Assembly: GCA_944363565.1 (NCBI GenBank)
Contig: CALVUI010000001.1
Span: forward strand, 408,075 to 472,074
DNA from: an uncultured Bacilli bacterium
GTDB lineage: Bacteria > Bacillota_I > Bacilli_A > RFN20 > CAG-826
Length of the DNA: 64,000 nucleotides
Direction of reading: 5' to 3'
Shown: positions 26,831 to 36,330 of the stretch, piece by piece
Layout of the letters: every line of letters starts with the position of its first letter
Numbering within the stretch: the stretch's first letter is position 1
Translations under genes and position numbers: made by a program
The notes under the pieces: generated by a model
Databases searched by the model: none
Told to the model about the DNA's origin: nothing
What the model saw: only the letters and a program-made list of their open reading frames with translations

Positions 26831-29511
26831 TATTGGAAGGCCTCCTCATTCTTGACGCTTCCCATCCGGTTGTAGACCACGAGGGAGAGGAAGGCACAGA
26901 CGGCGAAGATGGCAAGACCGATGACCGAGGCGATGTTGTAGTTCTTCTCGACCCCGGTGCAAAGGTTGTAAAGCCAGTTGACCAAGAGGTCAGTATCGGC
27001 CGCCGTCGAAACCAACGGGGCCATTCCTTTGTTCGGACCCCTCGTCCCGACGAGGAAGTAGATGACGTTGAAGTTGTTGATGTTCCCCACGAAGGTCGTG
27101 ATGAGGCTAGGCCCGGTCACGAAGACGACGTAGGGCATGGTGATGGAAACCAATTGGCGGAAGGCCCCGGCCCCGTCGATCTTCGCCGATTCGTAGAGAT
27201 CTTCGGGGATGTTCATGAGGATGCCGGAGACCGATAGCATGGTGTAGGGGACGCCGATCCACATGTTGACGATGATACACATGACCTTCGGTATGAGGGC
27301 CATGTTGGCGGTATCGGTGAAAAACTTGACGTTAAAGCCGAAAGTCGTCATCAGGAACGAATTGACGGGGCCTTCGCTGGAGAGAAGGAGGTTCATCGCC
27401 AACAAGGTGATGAACTGCGGGATGGCAATGGAGAGGACGAACATCGTCCGGTAGATGGCCTTTCCCTTGATGGTCTTGCGGTTGATGAGCAGGGCCAGCA
27501 GAATGCCGGCGATGTAGTTGGTGAAGGTCGCGAAGATGGCCCAGACGATGGTCCAGCCCAAGAGCCTCACGAAGGTGCCACCGTAACTCGAGGCTCCGGA
27601 AGTCGACCCGAAGACGTTGAAGACCTGGGAGAAGCCCGAGAGGTCCCATGTAAAGAGGTTGGCCGTATGATCGGCATCCCAGTTGGTGAATCCGACGATG
27701 ATGGAGCAAATGAGCGGAAGGATGGTAACGATGATGGCCCCGAGGGTCGGAATGGTCATTACGGAAATCGCGAACTTCTCGTCGGCGAATTCTTTGACCC
27801 GCTTCAATGAGCCGGTCGGCTTGCCGTGATGTGGGGTCTTTTTGATCGATTCGGTGTAGGAATCATAGAAACCGGCCCGGGTCTCGAGGAACTTGATGGA
27901 TTCCATTTCGTCGTCCTTGGTCCCGGCGATCGTGAATTTATAGTCACGGTAAACCCGTTTGGCGTTTTCGGGGCTAAGCCCGTAGGCATTGACGAGGGCC
28001 GAGGTGAAGACCCTATCCCCTTCATCGTAGAAACGCCTAAGCTCCAAATACGAACGATAGGCTTTGGCCATGGCCTCGGATTGCCGTATCGGGGTTTCGC
28101 CGTACTTTTCGACGAAGTCCTCGACGCGGGCTTCGTGGACCCCGCGGATTTTCTCGAAATCGGCGAGGACGGCCTCTCTAGCTTCCTCTTCCGCACTCCC
28201 CGTCTTGAGGGCGGCTGAAAGGCTCCGCAAGGCCACTTTCGTCACCTTCTTGGCCATGTCGAGGGGGATTTCGAAGGCGCCGACGACGCGGGTCACCGTC
28301 ATCCCGTAACGTAGCTTGCTTCCGAAGGGCAAGGGTTTTATTCCGTTGCTTTGGGAGACGGGATCGCGGGCGAAGAGGGCATCGTAGAGCTTTTCGCCCT
28401 GGTCGAAAACCCGGATGATGGTCTTTTCGTCGCGCAAGAAGCTATGGTAGTCGTTGTACTTGTCGAATTTATGGTGGAAAACGGTATTTTCCTGTTTCTG
28501 TTTTTCGGCTAGATAGGCGATTCCGCCCTTGATGACCAACTTAGGCTCCTTCGGGAAAAGGAACCTCTCAAGGGGCGAGCACCAAGTCCGGGCCCGCATC
28601 CAGACGGCCTTGTCCTTGTAGAATTCGTAGAAACGCTTCCTGAGGTTGAAACTCAAATTCTCTAGGGCGTTTGGTTCGGTTTTCTTGACCTTCTTCCAAT
28701 AGACGTAGCTGATGTAGGCGGCACTGCGGCGGCTGTAGCCGTACTTCAGCTGCATCAGGTCGAAAACTTCCTTCCGCCCCATGTCGGCCAAGTACTTCCT
28801 ATGGCCATCTACTTCCTTGCTGAATTCGTTGTAGTGGTCGATGACGTAGGCAGCATCGGCCCGGGCCTTACTATATTCGGACTGATGGACGATCTGGTGG
28901 GTGTCGTACATCGCCCTGATGCCGGTAATGAAGAGCAGCGCATAGGCGACGCAGATGATGATCGTCAAAACGCCAAGGAGCAAGACCAATTGGTTGTTGC
29001 CGGGCATCGCCATGGTGCCGCCGCCGGGACGGACGATGATTTCCGGTTCCTCGGAAAGGTTTATGAGGTCGGCAATGAAACCTCCTCCGAAGAGGGCCAT
29101 GTAAAGGACGAAGATGATTTCAACCCCCAGGAAGACGAAGCCGTCGAGCCATTGCTTGGCCCGGAGGTTTCCGGCCCCTTGGACGATGAAGCCGAGGCGG
29201 TACGACCAATCCACGTCGCGCCAGATGCGCACGAACTTGCGGACCAGATAATAGGCCCCGACGAAGATTCCGGCGATGGCTTTGAAAACGAAAGCCACTA
29301 TTTTGCATAGACCGAGAACGACGTCGATGAGGAAGCTCAGGACCCAGATGAGACATTTCAGAACGACGTTCAAGATGCCGCGTCCCAGAGACAGATACCA
29401 CGGTTCGGGTTTGAATTCCTCATTTCCGATTCCCGCGAGGGCTTCGTAGGAAGAAGAAGGCGCTGACTGCTCTTCCGCTTCCTCGAGGCCTTGGTTTTCG
29501 TTTTCAACCAT
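26830..29511 (-). CDS. Carbohydrate ABC transporter permease (MalF-like) with a very long N-terminal extension
   Basis: C-terminal ~300 aa is a MalF-type core with the EAA loop (AKIDGAGAFRQLVSITMP). The N-terminal ~550 aa holds extra TMs and a ~380-aa hydrophilic K/E/Y-rich insert. Start at Met33 (ATG 29511, AAGGAGA 7 nt upstream). Confidence 0.75.
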   Translation of the reverse strand: MVENENQGLEEAEEQSAPSSSYEALAGIGNEEFKPEPWYLSLGRGILNVVLKCLIWVLSFLIDVVLGLCKIVAFVFKAIAGIFVGAYYLVRKFVRIWRDVDWSYRLGFIVQGAGNLRAKQWLDGFVFLGVEIIFVLYMALFGGGFIADLINLSEEPEIIVRPGGGTMAMPGNNQLVLLLGVLTIIICVAYALLFITGIRAMYDTHQIVHQSEYSKARADAAYVIDHYNEFSKEVDGHRKYLADMGRKEVFDLMQLKYGYSRRSAAYISYVYWKKVKKTEPNALENLSFNLRKRFYEFYKDKAVWMRARTWCSPLERFLFPKEPKLVIKGGIAYLAEKQKQENTVFHHKFDKYNDYHSFLRDEKTIIRVFDQGEKLYDALFARDPVSQSNGIKPLPFGSKLRYGMTVTRVVGAFEIPLDMAKKVTKVALRSLSAALKTGSAEEEAREAVLADFEKIRGVHEARVEDFVEKYGETPIRQSEAMAKAYRSYLELRRFYDEGDRVFTSALVNAYGLSPENAKRVYRDYKFTIAGTKDDEMESIKFLETRAGFYDSYTESIKKTPHHGKPTGSLKRVKEFADEKFAISVMTIPTLGAIIVTILPLICSIIVGFTNWDADHTANLFTWDLSGFSQVFNVFGSTSGASSYGGTFVRLLGWTIVWAIFATFTNYIAGILLALLINRKTIKGKAIYRTMFVLSIAIPQFITLLAMNLLLSSEGPVNSFLMTTFGFNVKFFTDTANMALIPKVMCIIVNMWIGVPYTMLSVSGILMNIPEDLYESAKIDGAGAFRQLVSITMPYVVFVTGPSLITTFVGNINNFNVIYFLVGTRGPNKGMAPLVSTAADTDLLVNWLYNLCTGVEKNYNIASVIGLAIFAVCAFLSLVVYNRMGSVKNEEAFQ

Positions 29512-29588
29512 AGCGTTTCTCCTTTTCTTTCTTCCCGATAAAAGGAAACCCGGGGCGGGCGGGCCGCCCCGGGGTTTTGGCGTTTGGC

Positions 29589-30956
29589 TTAGTCGCCGGT
29601 CGCCCAACCGGTGGTGCTGGTAATCATCCCAGCGATGGCCTCGGCGGCGGTGGTGTATTCACTGCCCCAAGGATGATCGGTCCCGGCGTTGTCGCGGATG
29701 AGGGCACCGAAGTTTTCCATCGGGGTCCAGAAGTTCGGGGTGACGTTGGCACCCTGCGGGACGGTGTTCCCGGCGAGTTCCATGGTTTGGAGGGCCATGA
29801 GGAATTCGTTGCTCGTGACCTTTTCGTCATCGCGAAGGCTGATGTCGGCCGGACCGTAGCCACGGACATCGAGGAGGGTCTTCTGCGATTCGGTGGAAGT
29901 CAGGTATTCGGCGAAGTCCCAGGCCAGGTCTTCACGGCTGATGTCCGGGGCTTCCTCGCCTTCTTCGAGCTTCCAATTGATCGTTTCGTTGATGACGTTG
30001 GCGTTCACGGAAACGGCCTTGTAGCCAAGGAAGGTCTTCATCTGCTTGTCCACGCCGTTGATTTTGAGGCTCGGAAGGACGGTGACCTTGATGTCATCGG
30101 CTCTGTCTTCGCCAACGGCGGTACGGATGTTTTCGAGGGCGTTCCAGAGGACACAGGCCCCGACGGTACCATCGGCAAAGCCTTCTTGGATGGAGGCACT
30201 ATCATCGCTGGCCACGATCCCGTCGCCGCCATCGCTGGTCTCGATGCCGTATTCGCCGAAGAGTTCGCTCATGGCTTCGGCACCGGCAGCGACTTCGGGG
30301 GTATCGAAGTTCGAGCTGAGGATGACCTTGCCGTCGATGACCTCGGCGGAGAATTCACCGCCGGCTGCCCAAAGGAATGTCGGGGTATACCAGCCATTGG
30401 CTAGGGGATAAAAGAAGTCGACATGGTTGGTAACGCAGGCTTCGGCGATGCCTTCCATGGTCTTGACCTGCTCGTCCGTGATCTTCTTGGAGTCGTAGAT
30501 GAGGGCGTACCCGTTGTCGTTCCTGAAGGGAATGCCGTAAGCCTGCATCTCGGCGGTGGCGGTTTCAAGGCTAACGGCGTCTAGCCCGGCTTGGCCGGCC
30601 TGCTCCAAAACGGCGGCTTCGCGATCGTCCCCGATCGGAAGGATGGCGCTGGCTTCCGCGGCGGTCCTGAGGTTGTCGTCGGCAATCATGACGACGTCGG
30701 GCTGGCTCTTGTAGTCGGTCTGGAGGGCGTTGCCGATATCGCCTTCGCCGCCGTTGGCGGTCACGGCGATATTGAGGTCAGCATACTCAGGATGGGCTTC
30801 CTTGAACTTCTCGATGATGGTGGCCATGACCTCGTTGTCCTGCTCCGGGCAATAGATGGTCAGGTCGTAGACGGGGCCGGTCGGACCGCAGCCGGCAAGG
30901 GCCATGAGCCCGGTACCGGCGACGAGGGCCAGCATCCCCACTTTCTTGTTGAACAT
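29589..30956 (-). CDS. Carbohydrate ABC transporter substrate-binding lipoprotein (MalE-like)
   Basis: Lipobox LAGC (MFNKKVGMLALVAGTGLMALAGC) and family 1 solute-binding fold. AAGGAG 9 nt upstream of ATG 30956. Confidence 0.85.
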   Translation of the reverse strand: MFNKKVGMLALVAGTGLMALAGCGPTGPVYDLTIYCPEQDNEVMATIIEKFKEAHPEYADLNIAVTANGGEGDIGNALQTDYKSQPDVVMIADDNLRTAAEASAILPIGDDREAAVLEQAGQAGLDAVSLETATAEMQAYGIPFRNDNGYALIYDSKKITDEQVKTMEGIAEACVTNHVDFFYPLANGWYTPTFLWAAGGEFSAEVIDGKVILSSNFDTPEVAAGAEAMSELFGEYGIETSDGGDGIVASDDSASIQEGFADGTVGACVLWNALENIRTAVGEDRADDIKVTVLPSLKINGVDKQMKTFLGYKAVSVNANVINETINWKLEEGEEAPDISREDLAWDFAEYLTSTESQKTLLDVRGYGPADISLRDDEKVTSNEFLMALQTMELAGNTVPQGANVTPNFWTPMENFGALIRDNAGTDHPWGSEYTTAAEAIAGMITSTTGWATGD

Positions 30957-31087
30957 TAAATTAGCTCCTTTCCAAATTGTTTGGCGACACGCTCGGCAAA
31001 GAGCCGCGTCGCTTTGCAATTTAATCTCAACATGGCTATATATTAAGCGAGGACGGACGAGTTGCAAGAGGAAAAGTAAGCGGTTTC

Positions 31088-31101
31088 AGAAAGCGCTATC
31101 A
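31088..31101. promoter_or_regulatory. cre-like element AGAAAGCGCTATCA (13/14 match) in the MalE-like gene upstream region
   Basis: Near-consensus TGWAANCGNTNWCA about 135 nt upstream of the transporter operon start. Confidence 0.35.
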
Positions 31102-31239
31102 TGATTCGGGATAAAACATTCCCGATGCCAAAAAAACTAGGTTAGGCCTCAACTAATGTTTTGGGTCGCTTCCAAAAGGAAGAAGGCTCCTAAAGAGAGC
31201 GGGGAAAAGTTAAGAAAGAGGGCTGCTGAAAAGGAAAAC

Positions 31240-31260
31240 CGCCCGGGATCGGGCGGTATG
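31240..31260 (-). terminator. Rho-independent terminator of rpsU
   Basis: Minus strand CCGCCCG-atc-CGGGCGG followed by TTTTCC. Confidence 0.6.
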
Positions 31261-31282
31261 TTCCACTAAGTACGAGGAAGGC

Positions 31283-31459
31283 TTAGAACTTCTTCCGGCG
31301 GGCCAGTTCGCTCTTCATCTTCCGCCGAAGGGCGGTCTTGAGGTAGAACTCGCGCTTACGGGTTTCGAGAAGCACCCCGGACTTGTTGACGGAGCGTTTC
31401 CAGCGGCGGAGGGCTTCGTCGAGGCTCTCCCCTTCCCTGACGGTCGTTTTGACGGTCAT
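31283..31459 (-). CDS. rpsU: 30S ribosomal protein S21
   Basis: 58-aa ORF below the track's length cut-off. [58 protein letters not shown] is a classic S21 sequence. Confidence 0.85.
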   Translation of the reverse strand: MTVKTTVREGESLDEALRRWKRSVNKSGVLLETRKREFYLKTALRRKMKSELARRKKF

Positions 31460-31611
31460 TTCCTATTCTTCACCTAACCTTTGCTAACGGCGGCCCCACG
31501 AGGTGGGCGCCGGACCTGCGTGATTATACACCAAGAACGGCCTTGGAGGAGAAAATTTTTGTCAAGTCCCTCCTTCCCCTCCTTCTTGCTAGAATTAGGG
31601 CGGAGGAAATT

Positions 31612-32262
31612 ATGGACAAGATCGCCCGTTACATCGACCACACCCTTTTGAAGGCCACCGCCAAAAAGGAAGACATCACCAAACTCTGCGAGGAAGCCAA
31701 AACCTACGGCTTCGCCTCGGTCTGCGTCAATCCCGTAAACGTCCCCCTGGCCAAAAGCTGCCTCGAGGGCTCTAGTGTCAAGGTCTGCACCGTCATCGGC
31801 TTCCCCTTGGGGGCCAATACGACCGCGACCAAGGTCTACGAGACCAAGGAAGCCATCAAGGACGGGGCCACCGAAATCGACATGGTCATCAATGTCGGTA
31901 AGGCCAAGGAAGGGGGCTTTGCCTACGTCGAAAAGGAAATCAGGGCCATCAAGGAAGCCTGCGGTAGCATCCTCCTCAAGGTCATCATCGAGACCTGCTA
32001 TCTGGATCAAGAAGAAATCGTCGAAGCCTGCAAGGCCGCGAAAAACGCCGGGGCCGACTTCGTCAAGACCTCGACCGGCTTTGGGACCGCAGGGGCCAAG
32101 GTCGAAGACGTGGCCCTGATGCGGAAGACCGTCGGACCCAACATGGGGGTCAAGGCCAGCGGCGGCATCCATAGCGAGGAAGAAGCCATGGCCATGCTCA
32201 AGGCCGGTGCCAACCGCCTCGGGACTTCCGCTTCCCTAAGGATCATCGGGGCGGAAAAGTAA
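31612..32262 (+). CDS. deoC: Deoxyribose-phosphate aldolase
   Basis: Start at [14 protein letters not shown] with GGAGG 5 nt upstream. DeoC motifs (VCVNP, VKTSTGF, catalytic Lys in [10 protein letters not shown]). Confidence 0.85.
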   Translation: MDKIARYIDHTLLKATAKKEDITKLCEEAKTYGFASVCVNPVNVPLAKSCLEGSSVKVCTVIGFPLGANTTATKVYETKEAIKDGATEIDMVINVGKAKEGGFAYVEKEIRAIKEACGSILLKVIIETCYLDQEEIVEACKAAKNAGADFVKTSTGFGTAGAKVEDVALMRKTVGPNMGVKASGGIHSEEEAMAMLKAGANRLGTSASLRIIGAEK

Positions 32263-33190
32263 GCAAGACGTCCTTTAGATCCTTCCCCTCATAGAGGCCC
32301 CCTTCGGAGAAGGGGCCTCTTTCTTCGTAGGCCGCTAATTCCTTCTTGAGACGCCGGCGGTAGCTCTTGTAGGTCCTGAGTCCAGCCAGGCGGTCCCGTT
32401 GGACGTCCTGGTAAAGGGTCAACTTGTAACGTTCGATGGTGTCCATCAAGTACTGATATACGGAAGGCTCTTCCTTTTGGAGGTAGGCCCCGATGTATTC
32501 ATAGCAAAGCAAACGCCCCTCGGCCCGATCGGTCAAACCGGGGGCCTTGCTCAACCCATCGTGGTTATGGCGGTGGTGGTAGTAATGGTCGGTGACGCAA
32601 AGGACCTTCTTGGCCCGTAGCATCGGGGCAAGGAGGAAGAGGAGGTTTTCTCCGCTTGGGGGAAAGCGGCCCGGGGGAAGGACCAAAATGTCCCCCTCGA
32701 ACAAGGAACGTTTGAAGAGCTTGTCCCAGAGGACCGGCCGCATCTCATAATCGGCCAGTAGCTTCCGGGTGGCGGAGATGCCGTCCAATTCCCCGGCCAG
32801 GGGGTTCTTCGAAGGGAGGCTCCTTCCGCCCCGGTACTTGTAGTGGCCATAGACCAAGACGTCGGCCTCCCCGATCTGGCTTTCCATCTCCGAGAAGGCG
32901 TTGAGGTCGAGGTGGTCGTCGGCGTCGACGAACAAGACATGTTCTTTATTGGCCCTAGCTAGGCCGATGTAGCGGCTCATCGATAGGCCTTGCCTGGTTT
33001 TGTTTTCGATAAGAGAAAAACGCCGGTCGTTGCTCACGAACTCGGCGGCGATTTGGGCCGTCTGATCCTCGGAGGGATCGACGACGACGATGACTTCGAA
33101 ATCCTTGTGCAGTTGCTTTTGGAGGGAAAGCAGGGCGATCCGCATGAATTTGGCGGCATTCCTGGCCGCGACGATGGCGGAAATCCCCAT
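32243..33190 (-). CDS. Family 2 glycosyltransferase
   Basis: GT-A fold with [11 protein letters not shown] and a DxD (VDADD) motif. 315 aa. Confidence 0.75.
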   Translation of the reverse strand: MGISAIVAARNAAKFMRIALLSLQKQLHKDFEVIVVVDPSEDQTAQIAAEFVSNDRRFSLIENKTRQGLSMSRYIGLARANKEHVLFVDADDHLDLNAFSEMESQIGEADVLVYGHYKYRGGRSLPSKNPLAGELDGISATRKLLADYEMRPVLWDKLFKRSLFEGDILVLPPGRFPPSGENLLFLLAPMLRAKKVLCVTDHYYHHRHNHDGLSKAPGLTDRAEGRLLCYEYIGAYLQKEEPSVYQYLMDTIERYKLTLYQDVQRDRLAGLRTYKSYRRRLKKELAAYEERGPFSEGGLYEGKDLKDVLLTFPPR

Positions 33191-33835
33191 TTAGCCTTCG
33201 AGCAAGACGGCGGCCCTGGCGGTCGCCACCCGGCTGGCCCCGGCGGACAACAAAACCCTGACTTGGCTGAGGTCGCGGATGCCCCCGCTGGCCTTGATGA
33301 AGAAGTTGGGTCCTAGGATCTTTCTAAGCAAACGGACGTCGCTTTCCTTGACCCCGCTCTTCCCATAGGCGGTCCCGGTCACGATGCCGTTGGCCCCGCC
33401 TTCCTTCAAAGCCAAGGCGGCGTGGGCGATTTCGGTCGGGGTCAGCAAGGAGGTCTCGAGGACGAAACGGAGGTCGGTCATGTTGGGAAGGCGCGACCTG
33501 ATGAGAAGGGCTTCGCGCTTCAGATATTCGAAGTCCTTTTCCTTGATCATCACGAGATTGGCCATCACTTCGACCCCATCGGCCCCGTTGCGGATGGCAT
33601 CGGCGGCGGCAAAAGCCTTGGCCGGGGGCGTGAGGAGCCCGAGCGGAACGTCGATGGCCGCGTAGTTCAGGGTGTGGCCCTTTTTCAAAAGAAGCCGGGC
33701 CATCCGGCTATAGAAGGCCGGGACGGTGACGGCGGCGGCATGGTACTTGGCGGCTTCCAAAAGGAAGTTCCGCATCTCGGCGATCCCGGCGTCGTTATAG
33801 AGGTAGGTGGCCTCGACGTAGCGTTCAAGCTTCAT
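33191..33835 (-). CDS. DeoC/LacD-family class I aldolase paralog
   Basis: 214 aa TIM-barrel-like protein with the Schiff-base lysine context FIKASGGIRDL. Clearly distinct from the canonical deoC 1.5 kb away. Confidence 0.55.
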   Translation of the reverse strand: MKLERYVEATYLYNDAGIAEMRNFLLEAAKYHAAAVTVPAFYSRMARLLLKKGHTLNYAAIDVPLGLLTPPAKAFAAADAIRNGADGVEVMANLVMIKEKDFEYLKREALLIRSRLPNMTDLRFVLETSLLTPTEIAHAALALKEGGANGIVTGTAYGKSGVKESDVRLLRKILGPNFFIKASGGIRDLSQVRVLLSAGASRVATARAAVLLEG

Positions 33836-33865
33836 GCCCTATATCCTAAACCATTTCGTATAAAT

Positions 33866-33886
33866 GAAAAAGGGGCCACGCCCCTT
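33866..33886 (-). terminator. Rho-independent terminator of rpmF
   Basis: GGGGC-cac-GCCCC hairpin 9 nt after the rpmF stop, with a minus-strand TTTTTCATTT. Confidence 0.55.
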
Positions 33887-33892
33887 CTTCTT

Positions 33893-34078
33893 TTAGCCTT
33901 CCTTCTTGAGCCCGAGGACGTCCTTGCCGTCGTAGTAGCCGCATTCCGGGCACACCCGGTGGCTTTGGACATAGGCCCCGCAGTGCGGGCACTTGACGAT
34001 TCCTTCGACTTCGAGTTTGAAGTGGCTCCGGCGCATCCGCTTCGCGGTTTTGCCGGTCCTTCTGAACGGTACTGCCAT
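33893..34078 (-). CDS. rpmF: 50S ribosomal protein L32
   Basis: [22 protein letters not shown]...[22 protein letters not shown], canonical L32 with a zinc ribbon. Start at Met12 of the listed ORF. Confidence 0.85.
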   Translation of the reverse strand: MAVPFRRTGKTAKRMRRSHFKLEVEGIVKCPHCGAYVQSHRVCPECGYYDGKDVLGLKKEG

Positions 34079-34112
34079 GGTTCTTCCTTTCTTGCCGCCA
34101 TATTCCACCAAA

Positions 34113-34152
34113 GAAAAAGGACATCGTCAACGCCAAGCGTTAGACAATGTCC
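34113..34152 (-). terminator. Compound hairpin plus U-tract downstream of the membrane-protein gene
   Basis: Minus strand GGACAT...ATGTCC with an inner AACGC/GCGTT stem, then TTTTTCTTT. Confidence 0.4.
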
Positions 34153-34177
34153 TAATTTAGACGGATTTAAGCGATGC

Positions 34178-34993
34178 TCACTCGCGGCGGCGTCCGACCC
34201 AGATGACCTTCTTCCGCGGAGCCGGAGTGGGGGCGTAGCCTTCGGGGGCCACGACCTGCTGGACCACTTCGACCTTCTTGAGGCTATCGACGTTGGTATT
34301 GCGGTCGAGGAGCCGGAGGGCGAGGGCGATGATGAAGAGCACCCCGAAGAGGAGTCCCAAGATGACGGTAGCGCCCTGGAAGATCGGCTGGAGCTCGAAG
34401 GTCCCGCCGAGGATGTCATGAACGATGCGCGGGAAGACGGCGATATGTTCGGCCGAGAAGTAGGCATAGGCCGGTAAGAAGGCGATGAGGCCGAGGAAGA
34501 GACGGCCGGTCGCGACGTTCAGGCTCTTCGACTTGCTAAAGGACATGAAGAAGGCGATGAGGCCGAAGACGGCGGCGAGGGCCAAGCCGAGGCCCTCGAT
34601 GATGATCGGGGTGAACTTCGTGAACTCCTCGAGATTGGGGATGATGCACTGGAGGGCAGCGCCGACGACCATAAGGAGGATGAGAAGGTAATAAAGGACA
34701 TGGACGCCACGCCGACGGCCGGCCGCCCCGACGATCAAGACGATGAGGGAGAGGAGGGCGAAGATGGCATAGGCCCCAAAGGACCCCCAGTTGTAGAGGT
34801 TGAAGCGCGAGAAATCGAACTCAACGATGAAGAGGAACTGCATCAATCCGGCGACCGCGAACAGGAAGCCGAAGAGACCGGTGACGACGTCAAGGGCCTT
34901 GACCTTCTTGCGGGCCTGCGCCTTGTCGGCGACCAAAAACTCGATGGGGGCTTCCGGGGTTTCCGGGGTTACAACGGTGTTTTCCATTTCCAT
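34178..34993 (-). CDS. Integral membrane protein of unknown function (7-8 TM helices)
   Basis: Hydrophobic throughout. Start chosen at MEMENTVV (ATG 34993) with an AAGAGG SD-like sequence upstream. C-terminal Pro-rich tail. Confidence 0.5.
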   Translation of the reverse strand: MEMENTVVTPETPEAPIEFLVADKAQARKKVKALDVVTGLFGFLFAVAGLMQFLFIVEFDFSRFNLYNWGSFGAYAIFALLSLIVLIVGAAGRRRGVHVLYYLLILLMVVGAALQCIIPNLEEFTKFTPIIIEGLGLALAAVFGLIAFFMSFSKSKSLNVATGRLFLGLIAFLPAYAYFSAEHIAVFPRIVHDILGGTFELQPIFQGATVILGLLFGVLFIIALALRLLDRNTNVDSLKKVEVVQQVVAPEGYAPTPAPRKKVIWVGRRRE

Positions 34994-35061
34994 ATTGTTT
35001 GCCTCTTTTCCTAGATTATCGGGAAAGCGCTTCCAAAAATAAAGGGGAAACGCGCATTTTT

Positions 35062-36330
35062 TCACGAAATTTGAAGAGATTGGCCGTAAACCCCCTTCAC
35101 GAGGCCCTTCCTTTGGGCCTTGGGAGCGTAGATCGTGCAATCGATGTAGCGGCCGCTCTTGCCCCTCACATAGCCATCTTCGAGGACTTCCTCGACCACG
35201 ATTTCGTCTTCGAGGCCAAGTAGGGAAGCCTCGTACTCCCCTTGCAGTTTCTTGCCGAGGGCAATGGCTTCCTTGGTCCTTTCCTTCTTGATCGAGGGAG
35301 CGACCTGGGGATAGAGGGCCCCCCTCGTCCCCGGGCGCGAGGAATAAGGGAAGGCGTGGAGGAAGTCGATGTGGGCCTTTTCGACGAAGGCCAGGGATTC
35401 TTGAAAGTCCTCTTCGGTCTCGCCCGGGAAGCCGCAGATGAAGTCGGCGGCGATGGCGACACCCGGATAAGCTTGTCTAATTGCCCCGACCGTCCTCAGG
35501 TAATCGGACGTATCGTAGGGACGGCCCATCTTCGATAGGGTCTTCTGGCATCCCGATTGGAGGGGCAGGTGGAAATGGGGGCAAAGCCGCCCCTGGCTGT
35601 CCTTCAAAAGCGATAGCAATTCCCCATCGACCTCACTGCTTTCCAAAGAACCGAGGCGGATCCGGACGTCACTAGGAAGGATGTGGAGCAAATGGGCGCA
35701 GAGGCGTGAGAGGTTAACTCCTTCCACCCCGTACTTCCCCAGATGGATCCCGGTCAGGACGATCTCGTGGTAGCCCATGTTCGAAAGGGTCAAAGCTTCC
35801 TGGTAGACGGCTTCGGGAGCCCGGCTTCTGACCGGACCCCGGAGATAGGGAATCAGACAATAGGCGCAGAAGGAGTCGCAGCCGTCCTCGATCTTGAGGA
35901 AGGCCCGGGCCCTTTCTTCGTAGAGGGCTTTCCCTCCTTCCTCGTAATCCCAGCGGGTTTTGCGGGGGATTTCGACGAAACTCTTAGCCACCTCCGGCCT
36001 TTTCCCGGTCAGGAGAGGAACGAAGGAAAACTTCGGATGGGTCCCGTAGACCAAATCGGCCCCGGCCTTCAGGAAGGACTCCCCGTCTTTTTGGGAGGCG
36101 CAGCCCAAGACCACGAGGGTGGCCTCGGGGGACGAGCGCCTGAGCTGGCGCGCCCTTTGGTGGGACTTCCGCTCCCCTTCGGCCGTGACCGCGCAGGAAT
36201 TGAGGACGAGGACGTCGGCTTCTTCCTTCTTGTCGGTCGGGGTATGGCCCCTCTCTTCCAACAAGGAGGCGATGGCGGCACTTTCGTAGGCATTAACCTT
36301 GCAGCCTAGGGTTTCGATAAAGAACTTCAT
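35062..36330 (-). CDS. mtaB: tRNA methylthiotransferase, MiaB-like family (MtaB/YqeV type)
   Basis: N-terminal MTTase Cys triad (LGC...NSCAV...VLGCA) and radical-SAM CAYCLIPYLRG motif. No C-terminal TRAM extension, as in MtaB. Confidence 0.8.
   Translation of the reverse strand: MKFFIETLGCKVNAYESAAIASLLEERGHTPTDKKEEADVLVLNSCAVTAEGERKSHQRARQLRRSSPEATLVVLGCASQKDGESFLKAGADLVYGTHPKFSFVPLLTGKRPEVAKSFVEIPRKTRWDYEEGGKALYEERARAFLKIEDGCDSFCAYCLIPYLRGPVRSRAPEAVYQEALTLSNMGYHEIVLTGIHLGKYGVEGVNLSRLCAHLLHILPSDVRIRLGSLESSEVDGELLSLLKDSQGRLCPHFHLPLQSGCQKTLSKMGRPYDTSDYLRTVGAIRQAYPGVAIAADFICGFPGETEEDFQESLAFVEKAHIDFLHAFPYSSRPGTRGALYPQVAPSIKKERTKEAIALGKKLQGEYEASLLGLEDEIVVEEVLEDGYVRGKSGRYIDCTIYAPKAQRKGLVKGVYGQSLQIS

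Noticed and set aside
31543-31611. Upstream start for deoC at 31543
   Set aside because: The extension, rich in Leu, Pro and Ala, has no homology to DeoC N-termini. GGAGG precedes the ATG at 31612, which matches the usual [14 protein letters not shown] start.
31460-31611. Possible SD-sequestering structure or riboswitch between rpsU and deoC (pyrimidine tract CCCTCCTTCCCCTCCTT facing GGGCGGAGGAA)
   Set aside because: This is only a short anti-SD-like complementarity, with no match to a known riboswitch class. It is noted as a possible translational hairpin and not called.
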